Source: Rhynchobatus australiae
Lineage: Eukaryota
DNA length: 64,000 nucleotides
NCBI GenBank assembly: GCA_034780895.1
Contig: JAUZTB010000084.1
Coordinates: 4,863,936 to 4,927,935 of the forward strand
Reading direction: 5' to 3'
Position numbers and translations under genes: made by a program. Shown here piece after piece: positions 11,901 to 23,835 of this stretch. How positions within the stretch are numbered: position 1 is the first letter of the stretch; each line of letters opens with the position of its first letter. Below the pieces are notes generated by a model. It worked only from the letters and a program-made list of their open reading frames with translations, was not told the origin of the DNA and did not search any database.

Positions 11901-14673
11901 TCCCTGTGTCTTGAAGAGGTAGTGGTGAGCTGCCTTCTTACACCACTGCAATTTGTGTGCTGAAGACATATTGTAGAGGAGTTTGCAAGATTCCAACCCA
12001 GTGCTAACGAAGGAATAACAATACACCTCCAAGTCAGAATACTGTGTGATTTAGATGGAAATGTGGAGGTGATGGTGCTCCCGTGCACCCGCTCTCCTTG
12101 ACCTTTTAAGTGATAGAGGACACAGATCCAGGAGATGCTGTAGTGGGAAGCACCTCCACTGTAGCCACAGTGATGATGGGAGTGAATGTTTAGGGTGGTA
12201 GATGGACTGCCATTCAAGCAGACTACTCTAGCACCAAGCTTCTGGAGTGTTGTTGGAGCGGCATTCACCTAGTGAACAATATGCTGTTGGACATTGCTTG
12301 TGGCTCAGTGGGTTACATCATTGCCTCTGTGTCAGGCGGCCACGGATTCAAGTACAAATTGTGAGATCAAGAGTGACAGCCCAGTCTGGCACTGTGGAGG
12401 TGTAGCAATGCAAAAGCTTTTGGATGAAATGTTAATGTGAGGCCCTGTTTGCTTTCTTAAGTCAAAATAAAAGATCCACGGCACTATTTTGAAGATCAGG
12501 GATTTCTTTCTGGTATCTTGGTGAATATTTATGCTTCAAGCAACATCAGTGCACAAAATCTTATCTGGTCTTCACCGCATAATGATGCTCAGTGTGAAAT
12601 AGCTGTTGGGTTTTCTGTATTACAACGGTGAGTGCACTTCAAAAAGGTACTCTCAGATCTTCTGAAAGGCACTACAGAAATGCAAGTCTTTCTTTATTAC
12701 ACTTGGGCAATGCAGCTTACTCATGAAGGATTTAGAGCGATGGAACTTCTTTGGCCAGGTGTTGACTCAATACATGTGTAGAACACTGCCTTTACAGAGA
12801 GGTCTTGAAGAGGTTTTTAAGCAACATACCCATTGTAGTTTATAACTGTCTGCTCAGTCAATACAATCTATTTATCAAGCTAGCTGAGTAATGTGCATGT
12901 TCCTCTCTGTAGACAATTGGATCTACACTTATTGCAGTAATAGCCTCCTCAATTTATGGCACTCCAAGGAATATTAAACCAATGTTAAACAGTCATTAGT
13001 TTCTCCTAGTTACTGCCTGTTGGCATCAGTCTAGACTCTTTCTCAGTCGGGGCTATCAGGAGCCATGACTTTAATTCTTTACTTTTAGTTTCTTTCCGTT
13101 GCTGTCACTACATCAGGGAACATTTTGCTGTATCTGTATGTTTATATTGTTGTTTCTGGGTCCAATACAGATATGGATATTTGTAGCATTGAAAGAGCCC
13201 ATTTGGCCCATCTTGTTCATGCCAAAGGAAAAAGGGCTAAATAATTCCAGTTTTAGGTTCTTAGTCTGTAGCTTTGTAAAAGGTACGACAAGTCAGGGGC
13301 TTATCCAGGTACTTATAATACATGAAGACAGTTTCTGCCTCCATTGCCCTTTCAGGCAACAAGATCCAGATGCCCACAAACATCAGTGAGAAAATTTTTT
13401 TTTCACCTCCGCTCCATTCCAACTATTAAATCTAGATTTAACCTGTCTACAAAGAAAAGGAGTCCTAATTCATCCTGTCTAGACCTCTCATACTTTTGCA
13501 CCCCTATTAAATCTCTCCTCACGTCTCCTGATCTCTACAGAAAACAGCCCCAACCCAGCCAATCTTTCCTCACTCCTGCCAACATCCCCATAAATTTTCT
13601 CTGCACTGTCTCTGTATATCTTTCCTGTAATGTGGTGCCCAGAATTGTGTGCAGTGTTTTAAGTGTGGCCTAACGTTTATACTGTTCTAACGTGGTGTAA
13701 CTGCAACTATTGCGATAGGTCTCTTACATTGGACATGGGTGTGTGTTCAAATGTCAACAAATAAAATTACAAGTAAAACCAAATAAATATATTGAGATAA
13801 AAATAGAAAATGCCAAAAACACTCAGTAGGCCAGGCAGCTTCTGCGGAAAGACAAATAGTTGATGTTTCCGGTCTGAGACCCTTCATCAGATTTCCAGCA
13901 TCTGTAAATTTTTTTGATCTTTAAATAAATTGAGACATGCTCAAGCTTCTTTCATGGAGTACAAGTCATCTAAGGTACTTCTCACAGAGTTTACAGCACA
14001 GAAACAGGCCTGTGGCAAGGCTTAGTACTTCACCATCTCTAATGTGCTTTTAAGGATCTTCTAAAAGAAGAGTGACAGGTTTCTGGAGGGAATTCCAGAC
14101 CACAGCTATCAATGATGGGGCAAAGGAAACCAGGGATGTACAAGTAATCACAGTTGAAGGAAGAAGTGTCCTCTGACAGTTATAGGGCTGAAGGAAGAGG
14201 TAGGGAGGGATATCAATTTGAAGGATTTGAACACAAAGATGAGTTTTATGTCTGAGGTTTGATAAATTGTTGCTCCATCTCATCGACTTTCATCACTAAA
14301 TTAGGCAACTTATCAAACTTGTCAATTTGCTCCTAATTGGTACTGTACAAACCAGACCACCTCATACCCCAAGAATGTGAGGCTCACTACACTGTACCAT
14401 CAGACAAAACTAGCTTTTATTTCATAGGAATCCAGACAAAAACACACTGCACCACAATCGGCTTCAAGAGGAATGCAAAATGCACCAATTGAACCTGCTC
14501 AGGGAGTTAGCAGTGACATCAGAATGGGACTTTTTTTTTGTGGCTTCATGTCAAAATTGGTTCAAAGGAATCCCCTGAAGCTCCCTAGGGCAATTTGTGA
14601 CATTAAAGGTGGTGTAAGCTGGGAGGAAAATCAAAATAAACTTCAGATACAAGAAATGTGAAATACAAAAACC

Positions 14674-14882
14674 CAGAAAATGCAGGAAACACTCAGCAGG
14701 TCTGGCAGCATCTGTAGTTAACAAAAAAGTGAGTATTTTAGGTTGGGACCATTCATCAGAACTGGGAGAGAGAGAAACTGCTCTCCTTCTCAGTTCTGAT
14801 GAAAGTCCCTGGACCTGAATCGTTAACCGTTTCTCTTTCCACAGATGCTGACTGACCTGTGAGTGTTTCCAGCATGTTCTGT
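14674..14882. mobile_element. Palindromic (fold-back) element made of two inverted Penelope-type terminal segments
   Basis: Left arm gcaggaaacactcagcaggtctggcagcatctgt...ttcatcagaactg is the reverse complement of right arm cagttctgatgaa...acagatgctgactgacctgtgagtgtttccagc. Confidence 0.7.
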
Positions 14883-15239
14883 TTTTTTATTAATAAAGCT
14901 GGGAGGATTTGGGTGGTGGGGAGCAGTATGGTACAAAATCTCCCTTGGTCAGTCAACACCAGTGCTCCAGTCACAGATACTGCTGCCTACTACAAAAGTA
15001 ACCTTCCAACTTTGCACTTTCACCAATGTGTCTGCTCAAGGGCAAAACTGCTCCACTGTACGGACTCTGCACTTAAGGTCCAAGTAGATAGAAAGGTGCA
15101 TGGAAAGAACAGACACACATAAAGATCAGGAGCACAGGAGAAATAATGTATAGGAAGAGCAGGTGCACAGAGGAAGGTAGACAGAAGGGGATATGCTCAG
15201 GACAAACAAGTGCACGGGAGGACCACAAGCACACAATGT

Positions 15240-15540
15240 CACAGCTCCAGTGACCCAGGTTCAACCCTGCACTCTGGTGCCACATGGTGTTTACTTTCTC
15301 CCTGTAACTGTGTGGGTTTCCTTTAGGGTGCTTGGCCATCCTCCCACATCTCAAAGATGTGCAAATTGGTAGGTTGATTAGTCACTAATAAATTGCTCTA
15401 TTGTGTGGGTACCTGACAGAATCAGGAGAGGGGGGAGGGATTTGTGGGGAGAATAAAATGGGATTAGTGTAGGATTAGGGTATATGGGTGTTTGTTGGTC
15501 GCCACAGAGGGCCTGTTGCATTGTGTGACTCTATGGGCAG
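15240..15540 (+). mobile_element. tRNA-derived SINE (HE1/V-SINE-like)
   Basis: cagctccagtgacccaggttcaac (B-box-like) followed by the gtgggtttcc...ctcccacatctcaaagatgtgc body shared with other copies in the window. Confidence 0.6.
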
Positions 15541-18500
15541 TTGCGCAGGCNNNNNNNNNNNNNNNNNNNNNNNNNNNNNNNNNNNNNNNNNNNNNNNNNN
15601 NNNNNNNNNNNNNNNNNNNNNNNNNNNNNNNNNNNNNNNNNNNNNNNNNNATGGGCAGTTGCGCAGGCAGACCAATGCATAGCTGGAGCGGGAGTATAGA
15701 GAGAACAGGTCCTTCAGAGCAGTTGCTCAGGAAGAGCATGTGGTCAAGGGGAGCAGGTGCTTGGGTGGTCCAGATTCACCAAAGGACCAAGTACAAAAGA
15801 GCACCAGATCCTCAGGGAGAAAACGTTCACAAGAAAGGTGCAAAGCCCTGTTCAGAGAGCACCACTGTGGGTCACTTTCCCAAGATCCCAGCTGCAGCAG
15901 TGTAATGAAATTCCACTTTCACCCTTCAGATAAGGGGAAATGTGAGAAACCTTTGTTTAACTCCCTCAAAGATGTTCTCAGAATCAGAATGGCAGCAGCA
16001 AAGTTTCTCCTTGATAATGCTATAATGCTTCCTCTTGTTATCAACCCCTAACATGACACTATCACTTCATTACATTATGCTGTCACATGTGCTTTACCTG
16101 CCTGTAACCATACCACCTGTGACCACACCTCCAAGGTGTGTCTCCCTGTGATCATACTCATCATCATCGACTCTCTTTGCTTTGTTCACTTGTTATACTG
16201 AAACATATAATTCATTTCCCAAAATAGGTGAGTGCTGATCAGCTCTCTGATATCCAATAGACTAAAAGCAATTCCTTGCAGGCATCTTTTGATGTTCATT
16301 CTGCTATTGTTCTGACAGGTTGATTTAAGCTGTTAATGGAGCGACTCACATTGTGACATCTGTGTGTTTAAAAATAGCAAAGAGAAAGCGCCACGCCAAG
16401 ATTTCTGGGAATGTGGCCTAATTTATTCATTAATCTGTCCAGATTCCTGCCTGAGTCACTGATTTACAATGTGCCTTTAAAATCCTCCTCAGGGAAAAGG
16501 ATATTTTGTTCTGGTGAACAGCACAATTATCATGTGTCATGAAGGACGTAGTTTGTCTGATAAAGGCAGGATCACCACAGCAGGGTTCTGACAGATAGAC
16601 TAATGCACTGGAATATTTTTAGAAATCACAAATTGAACTTGTTGGACTAACAGCATAGAAACTAATAATAATAAAGGAAGGCGTGCATTTATATGACCTC
16701 AGGAATTAAAGTGCTTAGTAGTCAGCTAAGTACTTTTGATTGGATGACCACTATGCTCAGGCCATGATCATGACCCCAAGTGTCTAATTAGCATCACATC
16801 AATTCCCTGTCCTGCTCCCACTTGATCTTCTTGTTCTCTGTATCCTATACTATTCCAGTGAACGTAACATAATTTTGAGGAACATAACATAATTTTGAGG
16901 AACAGCACCTCAATTTTTGTCTGGACAAATTACTACCTTTCAGATTCAGCATTTGCTTTAATAATAATTCATAATTCCCATATATACTTCTCTAAATTCA
17001 CCTTTTGCTTCTCTATTTTTACTATTACCATTCTCTTTCACCTTGCATTAGCATTCCTTTGGTCATTTCTCCCATCTTCCACCATATCACAGACCTCAAT
17101 CCCACCAAAACATCACCACAATCCCTCCAATTTACCTGTCACCCATTTACACTCAGGACAACTTATGGTAGCCAATTAACCTACCAAGTAGCATGTCTTT
17201 GGCAAGTGGGAGGAAACTGCAGCACCTGGGTACCAGAAGCTAGGATCAGACCTGGGTTGTTGGAGCTGTGAGGCAGAACTGCTAATCGCTGCATCTTCTG
17301 TCACCCATCTCAAATGTGGGGTCGGCTTGAAAGGGCAGCTGGTTTGTTCCTCAGCTGTTCACTGAGTCCAGTGAGATACTACACGGCCATTATGAAAAAA
17401 CAAGATAAAGCACCTTTCATGATACCCCAAAGCACGATACCCTTAACAAAGTACTCCTAAGCATAGTCATGGTTGTAATTAGGAAACACAGCAGCTATTT
17501 TGCACACAGTAAACATGTGATGATGACAGGGTTACAGCTTTTGTACAGTGTGTAGTGGGTCAATAGATTGGGTTACACTCCCCTCAATATTTAGTTCTTT
17601 TGTGTACATTAAGACAGGTCACAATTTTTAAGTGATGGGCCAAGCTTGAGGGTTTACTTGATGCACTCTGAGCTTGTGAAGGCTTTGCTGTGGACAACAT
17701 CCTCCAGCACAGCCTCCTCCACGGGGACAAAAGTAATTCAAGATATGTACCTTGGTGAACTCCAGACCTGAATTTCCTGTGTGTGAGCACTGCACCGTAA
17801 TAATCTGAAAGCATAGTTTATTAATGCTTGCGTATGCATATAATTTTATGCCATTTCATTTTGCCTCAATCTGTTCTACTGGGACCAGAAATGGATGGAA
17901 GGTAAAAGGTCAGGTTTCATTCAATTGGCCCACTACTATCCTGGTATTCAGATAAAGCATTTATAATTGAGTTGTTGATCAAACTCTATAACAGAGATGC
18001 ACATGAAACCCTTCTAGTAGAAAGCTACGTGACCCATGAATCCAAGCTCACCCGTTCCTTCCAACCATGCTAAACTCAACCCACATTTCAAATTGCTCAC
18101 ATATTCTTACCTCAAAAATAATTCAAAATTTTGAATGAATAGAACCAATGGTTTCTGCCATCTGCCAAAAATCACACTCCATTGGCTAACCACTTGGTCA
18201 CTGATTAACAGTCCCAATACTTATGGAGAAGCAGGAAGACAATTGAAAGGTTGAAAGTGACTGAAGAATCCAGCAAGAGTGGGAATATCAACAGCAAAAG
18301 GCCACAGCTGAAGATCCTTGGTTTCCAACAATTGGGAAAAGGGCTACAATCATTTTATTGGAATGAAATGGTGAACGAGGAAGTAGGAGAGAGGTATGCA
18401 ACTGACAAGGCTGGGAAATCAGGGAAGAAGAAGATGGTGATTAGAATTAAGGGATATGTAGGCTTCCTGAAGGGACTTGGAGTTTGTGGCAAAAGCTTTA

Positions 18501-19809
18501 CTGCTCTTCCTGGTCCATGACAGATGCTGAAAGGGCACTCCCTCCTCCCTTTCATTGCTAGGGTTCCCAAACCCCTAAAAAAAAGCAAGCAGCAATATGT
18601 TTTTCACCCCACTCTCTCCATTTCCCCCAGCACTCTTCTATGAGTCATGGTAGAAAGGGCTAATAAAGAAGCATTTTGAATTTGAACCATTTTAACATTG
18701 CCTATGTCCTTTGCATCCACTCTTCTGGACAAAGCAACATAACTTATAATGGTTAATGTTATTTGGAATCCTAAATCCAACAATCATAGATCCTATCACA
18801 TCTTTTTTGCCGATGAGACTATGTTCCATTTACATAACCACTTCTCTTATTACAAACCCTTCATCTCCTCCATCAATCTGGTTATTCCCTTCTGTAACTT
18901 CTCAATAGACACAATATATCAGTAAAACTGAGGTTACCAGAGGAGTTCAGGCTATTCCAAGTGCCTTTGCACCAATCATTTGTAAAGTGATAGCATTACC
19001 ACACAGTTTTGCCTCAATATTAATCTTTTTAATACATGATTTGCTTTACTCATCATTATAGAGTGTTGATCTGATGAGCCAGAAAGAGATGGTGCCTTTA
19101 AGGAAGAAAATTACCTCGGACTTGGGGGAAGAAGGTGGAAGAATATCCATTGCAAGCAGTTGTTCTGAGCTTCTGAGAAAGTGAGATGATTGAGTCAGCT
19201 CCAACTACTCAGACCAGCCAGCATTTGTCACAGTAAATTTAGAAGCAGTGTTGTGAAAGAAAGCAACCAATTCATGAAAATTCCCCAAGGAGCAGTTACA
19301 AACTGTTAGGCCAATACAAAGACCAAACATACTGTGGCTTAACGAAGAGTGACAGTTCTAAACTGACCACACACCTCAGAAATATGGCTCTGGCTGTCAA
19401 TATTTCCTGGTTAACTTTCTCCGCTCTCTGACTCCTTACAGCCTCACAATGATCCCCTGTGATCTGGGCTTTATCTTTCACTTGGAATTCCAAGAAATCC
19501 ACTGTAATTATTCCAGTAATTTTTCACCTTCTCTACTGAAACCTCTGAACATGTTTCGGCTGGTTTTAATTCTATGTAAATAGAGTAAATAAATTTTTTC
19601 CTCGTGACCTTGGATATTGCAGCCAATAAAGTACTTTTTAAAGTATAGACACCGTTGTAGGCAGACAATTTTCTACATAGCAGGATCCCAAACACAACAA
19701 ACAGACATCCCACGTGCTGTCCACACTCAGTCCCCTGCACTGGACCTGAGGATTGAGCCATAACAGGAGCCTCCATTCCACCCAGAAGGGGCCATGAGTG
19801 GCAAATATA

Positions 19810-20285
19810 AACACAGAGCAGTCCAGCACAGAAACAGGCCCTTCAGCCCATAATTATGCTGAATTAAACTAAATCTCTTCTGCCTGCACATGATCCATAT
19901 CCCTCCATTCCCTGCACATTCATGTGTCTATATAACAGCCTCTTAAATGTCACTGCTTCTGCTATCTGCTTCCACCATCACCCCTGGCAGCCTGTTCTGG
20001 GCATGTGTCACTCTCTGTGTAAAGAAAACTTGCCCACACATCTCCTTTAAACTTTCTCTCTCTTACCTTAAATGCATGTCCTCTAGTACTTGAAATTTCT
20101 ACCTTGGGAAAAAGATTCTGACTGCCTACCCTGTCTGTGCCTCTCATTATTTTATAAACTTCTTTCAGGTCTCTGCTCAGCCTCTGACACTCCAGAGAAA
20201 ACAACCCAAGTTTATCCAACATCTCCTTATAGCTCACATCTTCTGATCCAGGAAGCATCCTGGTAAAGCTCTTCTGCGCCTTTTC
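19810..20285 (-). mobile_element. CR1 LINE 3' fragment
   Basis: ORF 19962-20258 reads MLPGSEDVSYKEMLDKLGLFSLECQRLSRDLKEVYKIMRGTDRV, the CR1 ORF2 C-terminal signature. Confidence 0.85.
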
Positions 20286-20984
20286 TCAGGTACTAGAATC
20301 TGAGGTCCTACTCATTCGCCAACAATCTCAACTGTGATGGTCCCTGGAAGCTTTAAATGTCTCTGATATTGTGATATTTAACTGAAATTGAAATGGACAA
20401 ATAATTTAAAAAAATAAAAATTTAAATTACAAAAATAAATTTTGTTCAGGATACATTAACCTACTGTAAACCAACTAAAAACTTAACCTGCACTTACCTT
20501 TTTGTTGGCTTCCAGTGTATTTCCAATTTCCACTTGACATCAGAGCTCAATCCAACTGATAAGCTAACTTACCATGCTCGTAAAGGTCAGGAAGACAGGG
20601 TATAACTCTCTAGCTCCTCTCTGAAATAGTTCCATACGATCTTTTACCTGAGATCGCATATAGTTTTGGTTTAATGTTTCCTTTGTGATTGGGACTGGGA
20701 AGAATCAGCCTAGATTTCATGCTAAGGGCTTTGAAGTGGGGTTTGATCCCAGACTTTTCTCACTTAAAGGTGAGACGTCAGCTTTACACTGATTGCTACC
20801 TGGCTGCTTCACAGAGGAACATATGGGTGCAGGAACCCAATCTTTTTCAGCCTGAAGCCATGCACACAGATTGCAGCAGTAGTCGCTGTTGGGAGGATCA
20901 AGAGAGGGAACAGTGATGGATTTTGCCATCCCCATTTAAAGGCCCTCATTATTCCCTTGTGTGAGATCGGTCAAGGCAGTTTAT

Positions 20985-21600
20985 TGAATATAGAACAGTA
21001 CAGCACTGGAACAGGTCCTTTGGCCCACAATGTCTGTGTTGACCATAATGCCAAATGAAACTAGTTGCATCTACCTACATATGATCCATATCCTTCCATT
21101 CCCTGTCTGTTCATGTGCCTGTCTAAATGCTTCTTAAAAGTTGCTATTGTATCTGCTTCAACCACACCCTGGCAGCAGATACCAGGTACCTACTGCTCTC
21201 TGTGTAAAATCTGGCCTTGTAAATAAACTTTCTTCCTCTCACCTTAAAGCTATGACCTCTAGTATTTTACATTTCCACCCTGGGAAAAAGACTGACTATC
21301 TACTCTATTTGTGCCTCTCACAATTTTATATATTCCTATATGGTTGCCCCTGAGCCTCCGAAGCTCCAGAATAAACAATCCAAGTTTGTCCAACCTCTCC
21401 TTATAGCTAATACTCGCTAATCCAGGCAACATTCTGGTACACCTTTTGGTTACCCTCTCCAAAGCCTCCACATCCTCCCTGTAATGTGGTGACCAAAACT
21501 GCACAGTATTCCAAATATGGCCTAACCAAAGTTTTATACAACTGCAACATGACTTCCCAACCTTTATTCTCAACAACCCAACCTATGATGGCAAGTGTGC
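20985..21600 (-). mobile_element. CR1 LINE 3' fragment
   Basis: ORF 21259-21576 reads VQFWSPHYREDVEALERVTKRCTRMLPGLASISYKERLDKLGLFILELRRLRG. Confidence 0.88.
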
Positions 21601-22727
21601 TGTATACTTATTGGATCTTAGCAAGTTCTGATGGAGAGCTGGCTTGTAGAGATATTCCTCTTTGTTTACTGGAATTGACATGCAGTGAAGAAATTATATT
21701 ATTATATTATTCAAACAGTTCAGATGAACATTTCATTTCCTGACCTGATGCTGTACTTAAGTCTATTTTCTCAGATCAGGAAGAATTGTCAGATTTAATA
21801 GAAGTGTTCAAAATCTTGAGAGGTTTGATGTTATAAATAAGGAGAAACTATTTTCAATCACAGAAGGTTGGATGGCAGACCATTCAAGAGAACCGGTGAA
21901 GTTCTTTTTAAATCAGTGACTTGTTGTGATCTAGAATGGATTGTTTGAACATGCAGAAAATTCAAGAGGATTTCAAAGAGAAATACAAACTATAGGTTTA
22001 AAAATGGGGAAGTTGGACTAATTAGAGAATTCTCGCAATGGGTCAACACAGCATGATGGATTAAATGGTGTCTTACTATGCTCTGTCATTCTATGATTCT
22101 AGGTTTAGATTCCTGACAACATTGTTTCATTGTTTTCCTGCATATTCATGGTGAGCAAATAGTTAAAATTTATCTAACTTTGACATATGCATCAACCCTA
22201 GTGAATTAGATTTGCCACTATAACACCAGAGTTTCAAGTTAATCTGTTTCCCCACTGACATTTACACAAACACATTTGACCATTCAGTAGATCTGTGGTG
22301 TCATCCCAATGCCTTTGTTTTAAGTCAGTTTACTTCAAAATGGCACGTGAAATGTCTCAGCTTCCCTGCACAACAGTGACTATAGTTCAGAAGTATTCCT
22401 TTGACCACGAAGCACTGGAGCAACCTGAGAATGCAAATAAATATTGTTTGTTACAGTGGACGTAAGCATCAACGAAGAGGCCAGCCTTTCCAGATGGTCA
22501 ACTTGGTGTCTTAATTCCTGCTTTGTACTGCATTTCAATAGAAATTGGAAAACCGAAAGCTATCCCTGGTGAACACTCAAGGATCATCCACATGTTATAA
22601 TCTTGAAATGTGAAGCTTGTTCACCGATGCTGTAGTTAGGGTAAACATTGTTGACTGGCAGCAAGTCTTGGTCACAAAGCAATGAGTCTAGTTGTTGAGT
22701 CAGGACATTTCTGAAATTGTATTTCTG

Positions 22728-22874
22728 TTAAACAGAAGTGTAAATGTAGACAAAAATGATCACAATCAAGTTCAGGATGGTCCCAATAATCCCCATCAGG
22801 GCTAGAATTGACTCCTCCCGATCTTCTTTGCAATCCCACCCAGTGTGGTACTCGGTACCAGAAGAGCGCTCCAT
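22728..22874 (-). CDS. TUNAR: TUNAR/megamind-family 48-aa transmembrane micropeptide (pTUNAR/BNLN-like)
   Basis: ATG at 22874 gives MERSSGTEYHTGWDCKEDREESILALMGIIGTILNLIVIIFVYIYTSV* (48 aa). The C-terminal 29 aa match my recollection of human pTUNAR (EESVLAMLGIIGTILNLIVIIFVYIYTTL) at 24 positions, and the total length is the same. A strong acceptor (cttttctctctttcaccag) lies 33 nt upstream of the ATG. The symbol denotes the family; one-to-one orthology is not established. Confidence 0.85.
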   Translation of the reverse strand: MERSSGTEYHTGWDCKEDREESILALMGIIGTILNLIVIIFVYIYTSV

Positions 22875-23554
22875 TCTAGTGGCAATCAGATGCAGCTTTA
22901 ACAGTTTCTGGTGAAAGAGAGAAAAGTTACGTTCACTTTCCTCTGCATTAGACATTGTAGGGAAAATAGTAAAGAGCAAAAAAGCAAAATTCAGTAACTC
23001 AACAATCAGACAATCACTATCTTCCATTGTGGGCTGGAAGGAGACAAGGGAGTAACTCTACAGAACCTTATTTCAATTAGTTGAGCTCATTTTATATCTT
23101 CATGGACAGGTGAATGAGGAGAACAGTCTTGTTTTCTTTGCATTGGTACTGATTATTAGTTCCTCAACTCCCACCTCATCCTTTCATTTTCTCCACTTAG
23201 CTATCCAGTCATGACTGAATCTAGCTCAAGTAGCCCATCTGATGGAGGCCAGCAAGCAACCAGCATTCCCAAGAGCAAGATTACACCATCACTGAGTTAT
23301 GAATCCCTAACCACTGGTATTGAATAGTAAGCTGGGGCTCATTTGATTCTGAATCAGACTATTGTAGTTTTAAGTCCTTTTCCAGAAATGACTATATAAT
23401 CTATGTCAACACTCCCACTGGGGCAATTCTGCAATGTTAGGATTACTGTTTATTAAATGTTGTCTGTCTGATCTTTCAGGGAGTGGTAGAAGGTCCCAAA
23501 ATTCTCCCCGGTGACCAAGGTTCAATGTTTATCTCTGAACCAATTTCAATGATA

Positions 23555-23835
23555 AGATATCGTTATTAGTCACATGTAAATCGAAACACACAGTGAAATG
23601 CATCTTTGCAGACAATGTTCTGGGAACAGCCCGCAAGTGTCACCACACTTCCGGCACCAACATAGTATGCCCACAACTTCCTAACCTGTACGTCTTTGGA
23701 ATGTGGGAGGAACCGGAGTACCCGGAGGAAACCCATGCAGACAACCCATACAAACCCCTTAAAGACAGCAGCCAGATTTGAACCCGGGTGACTGGCGCTG
23801 TAATAGCGTTATGCTAACACTAATCTACCATGCCT
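23555..23835 (-). mobile_element. tRNA-derived SINE (HE1-like)
   Basis: Reverse complement of the SINE family at 48335-48598 (gtctttggaatgtgggaggaaccggagtacccggaggaaaccc...gaacccggg...ggcgctgtaatagc). Confidence 0.75.

Noticed and set aside
16864-16905. Short tandem duplication aacataattttgaggaaca
   Set aside because: A simple ~20-bp slippage duplication with no sign of function.
18700-19000. Possible coding exon on the minus strand
   Set aside because: Reads as a heavily decayed CR1 ORF2 C-terminus (IEKLQKGITRLMEEMKGL*) with stops.
22875-23027. N-terminal extension of the 99-aa ORF 22728..23027
   Set aside because: The extension runs through a polypyrimidine tract and splice acceptor (22908 upward), so it is intronic. 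The ATG at 22874 gives the family-typical 48 aa.
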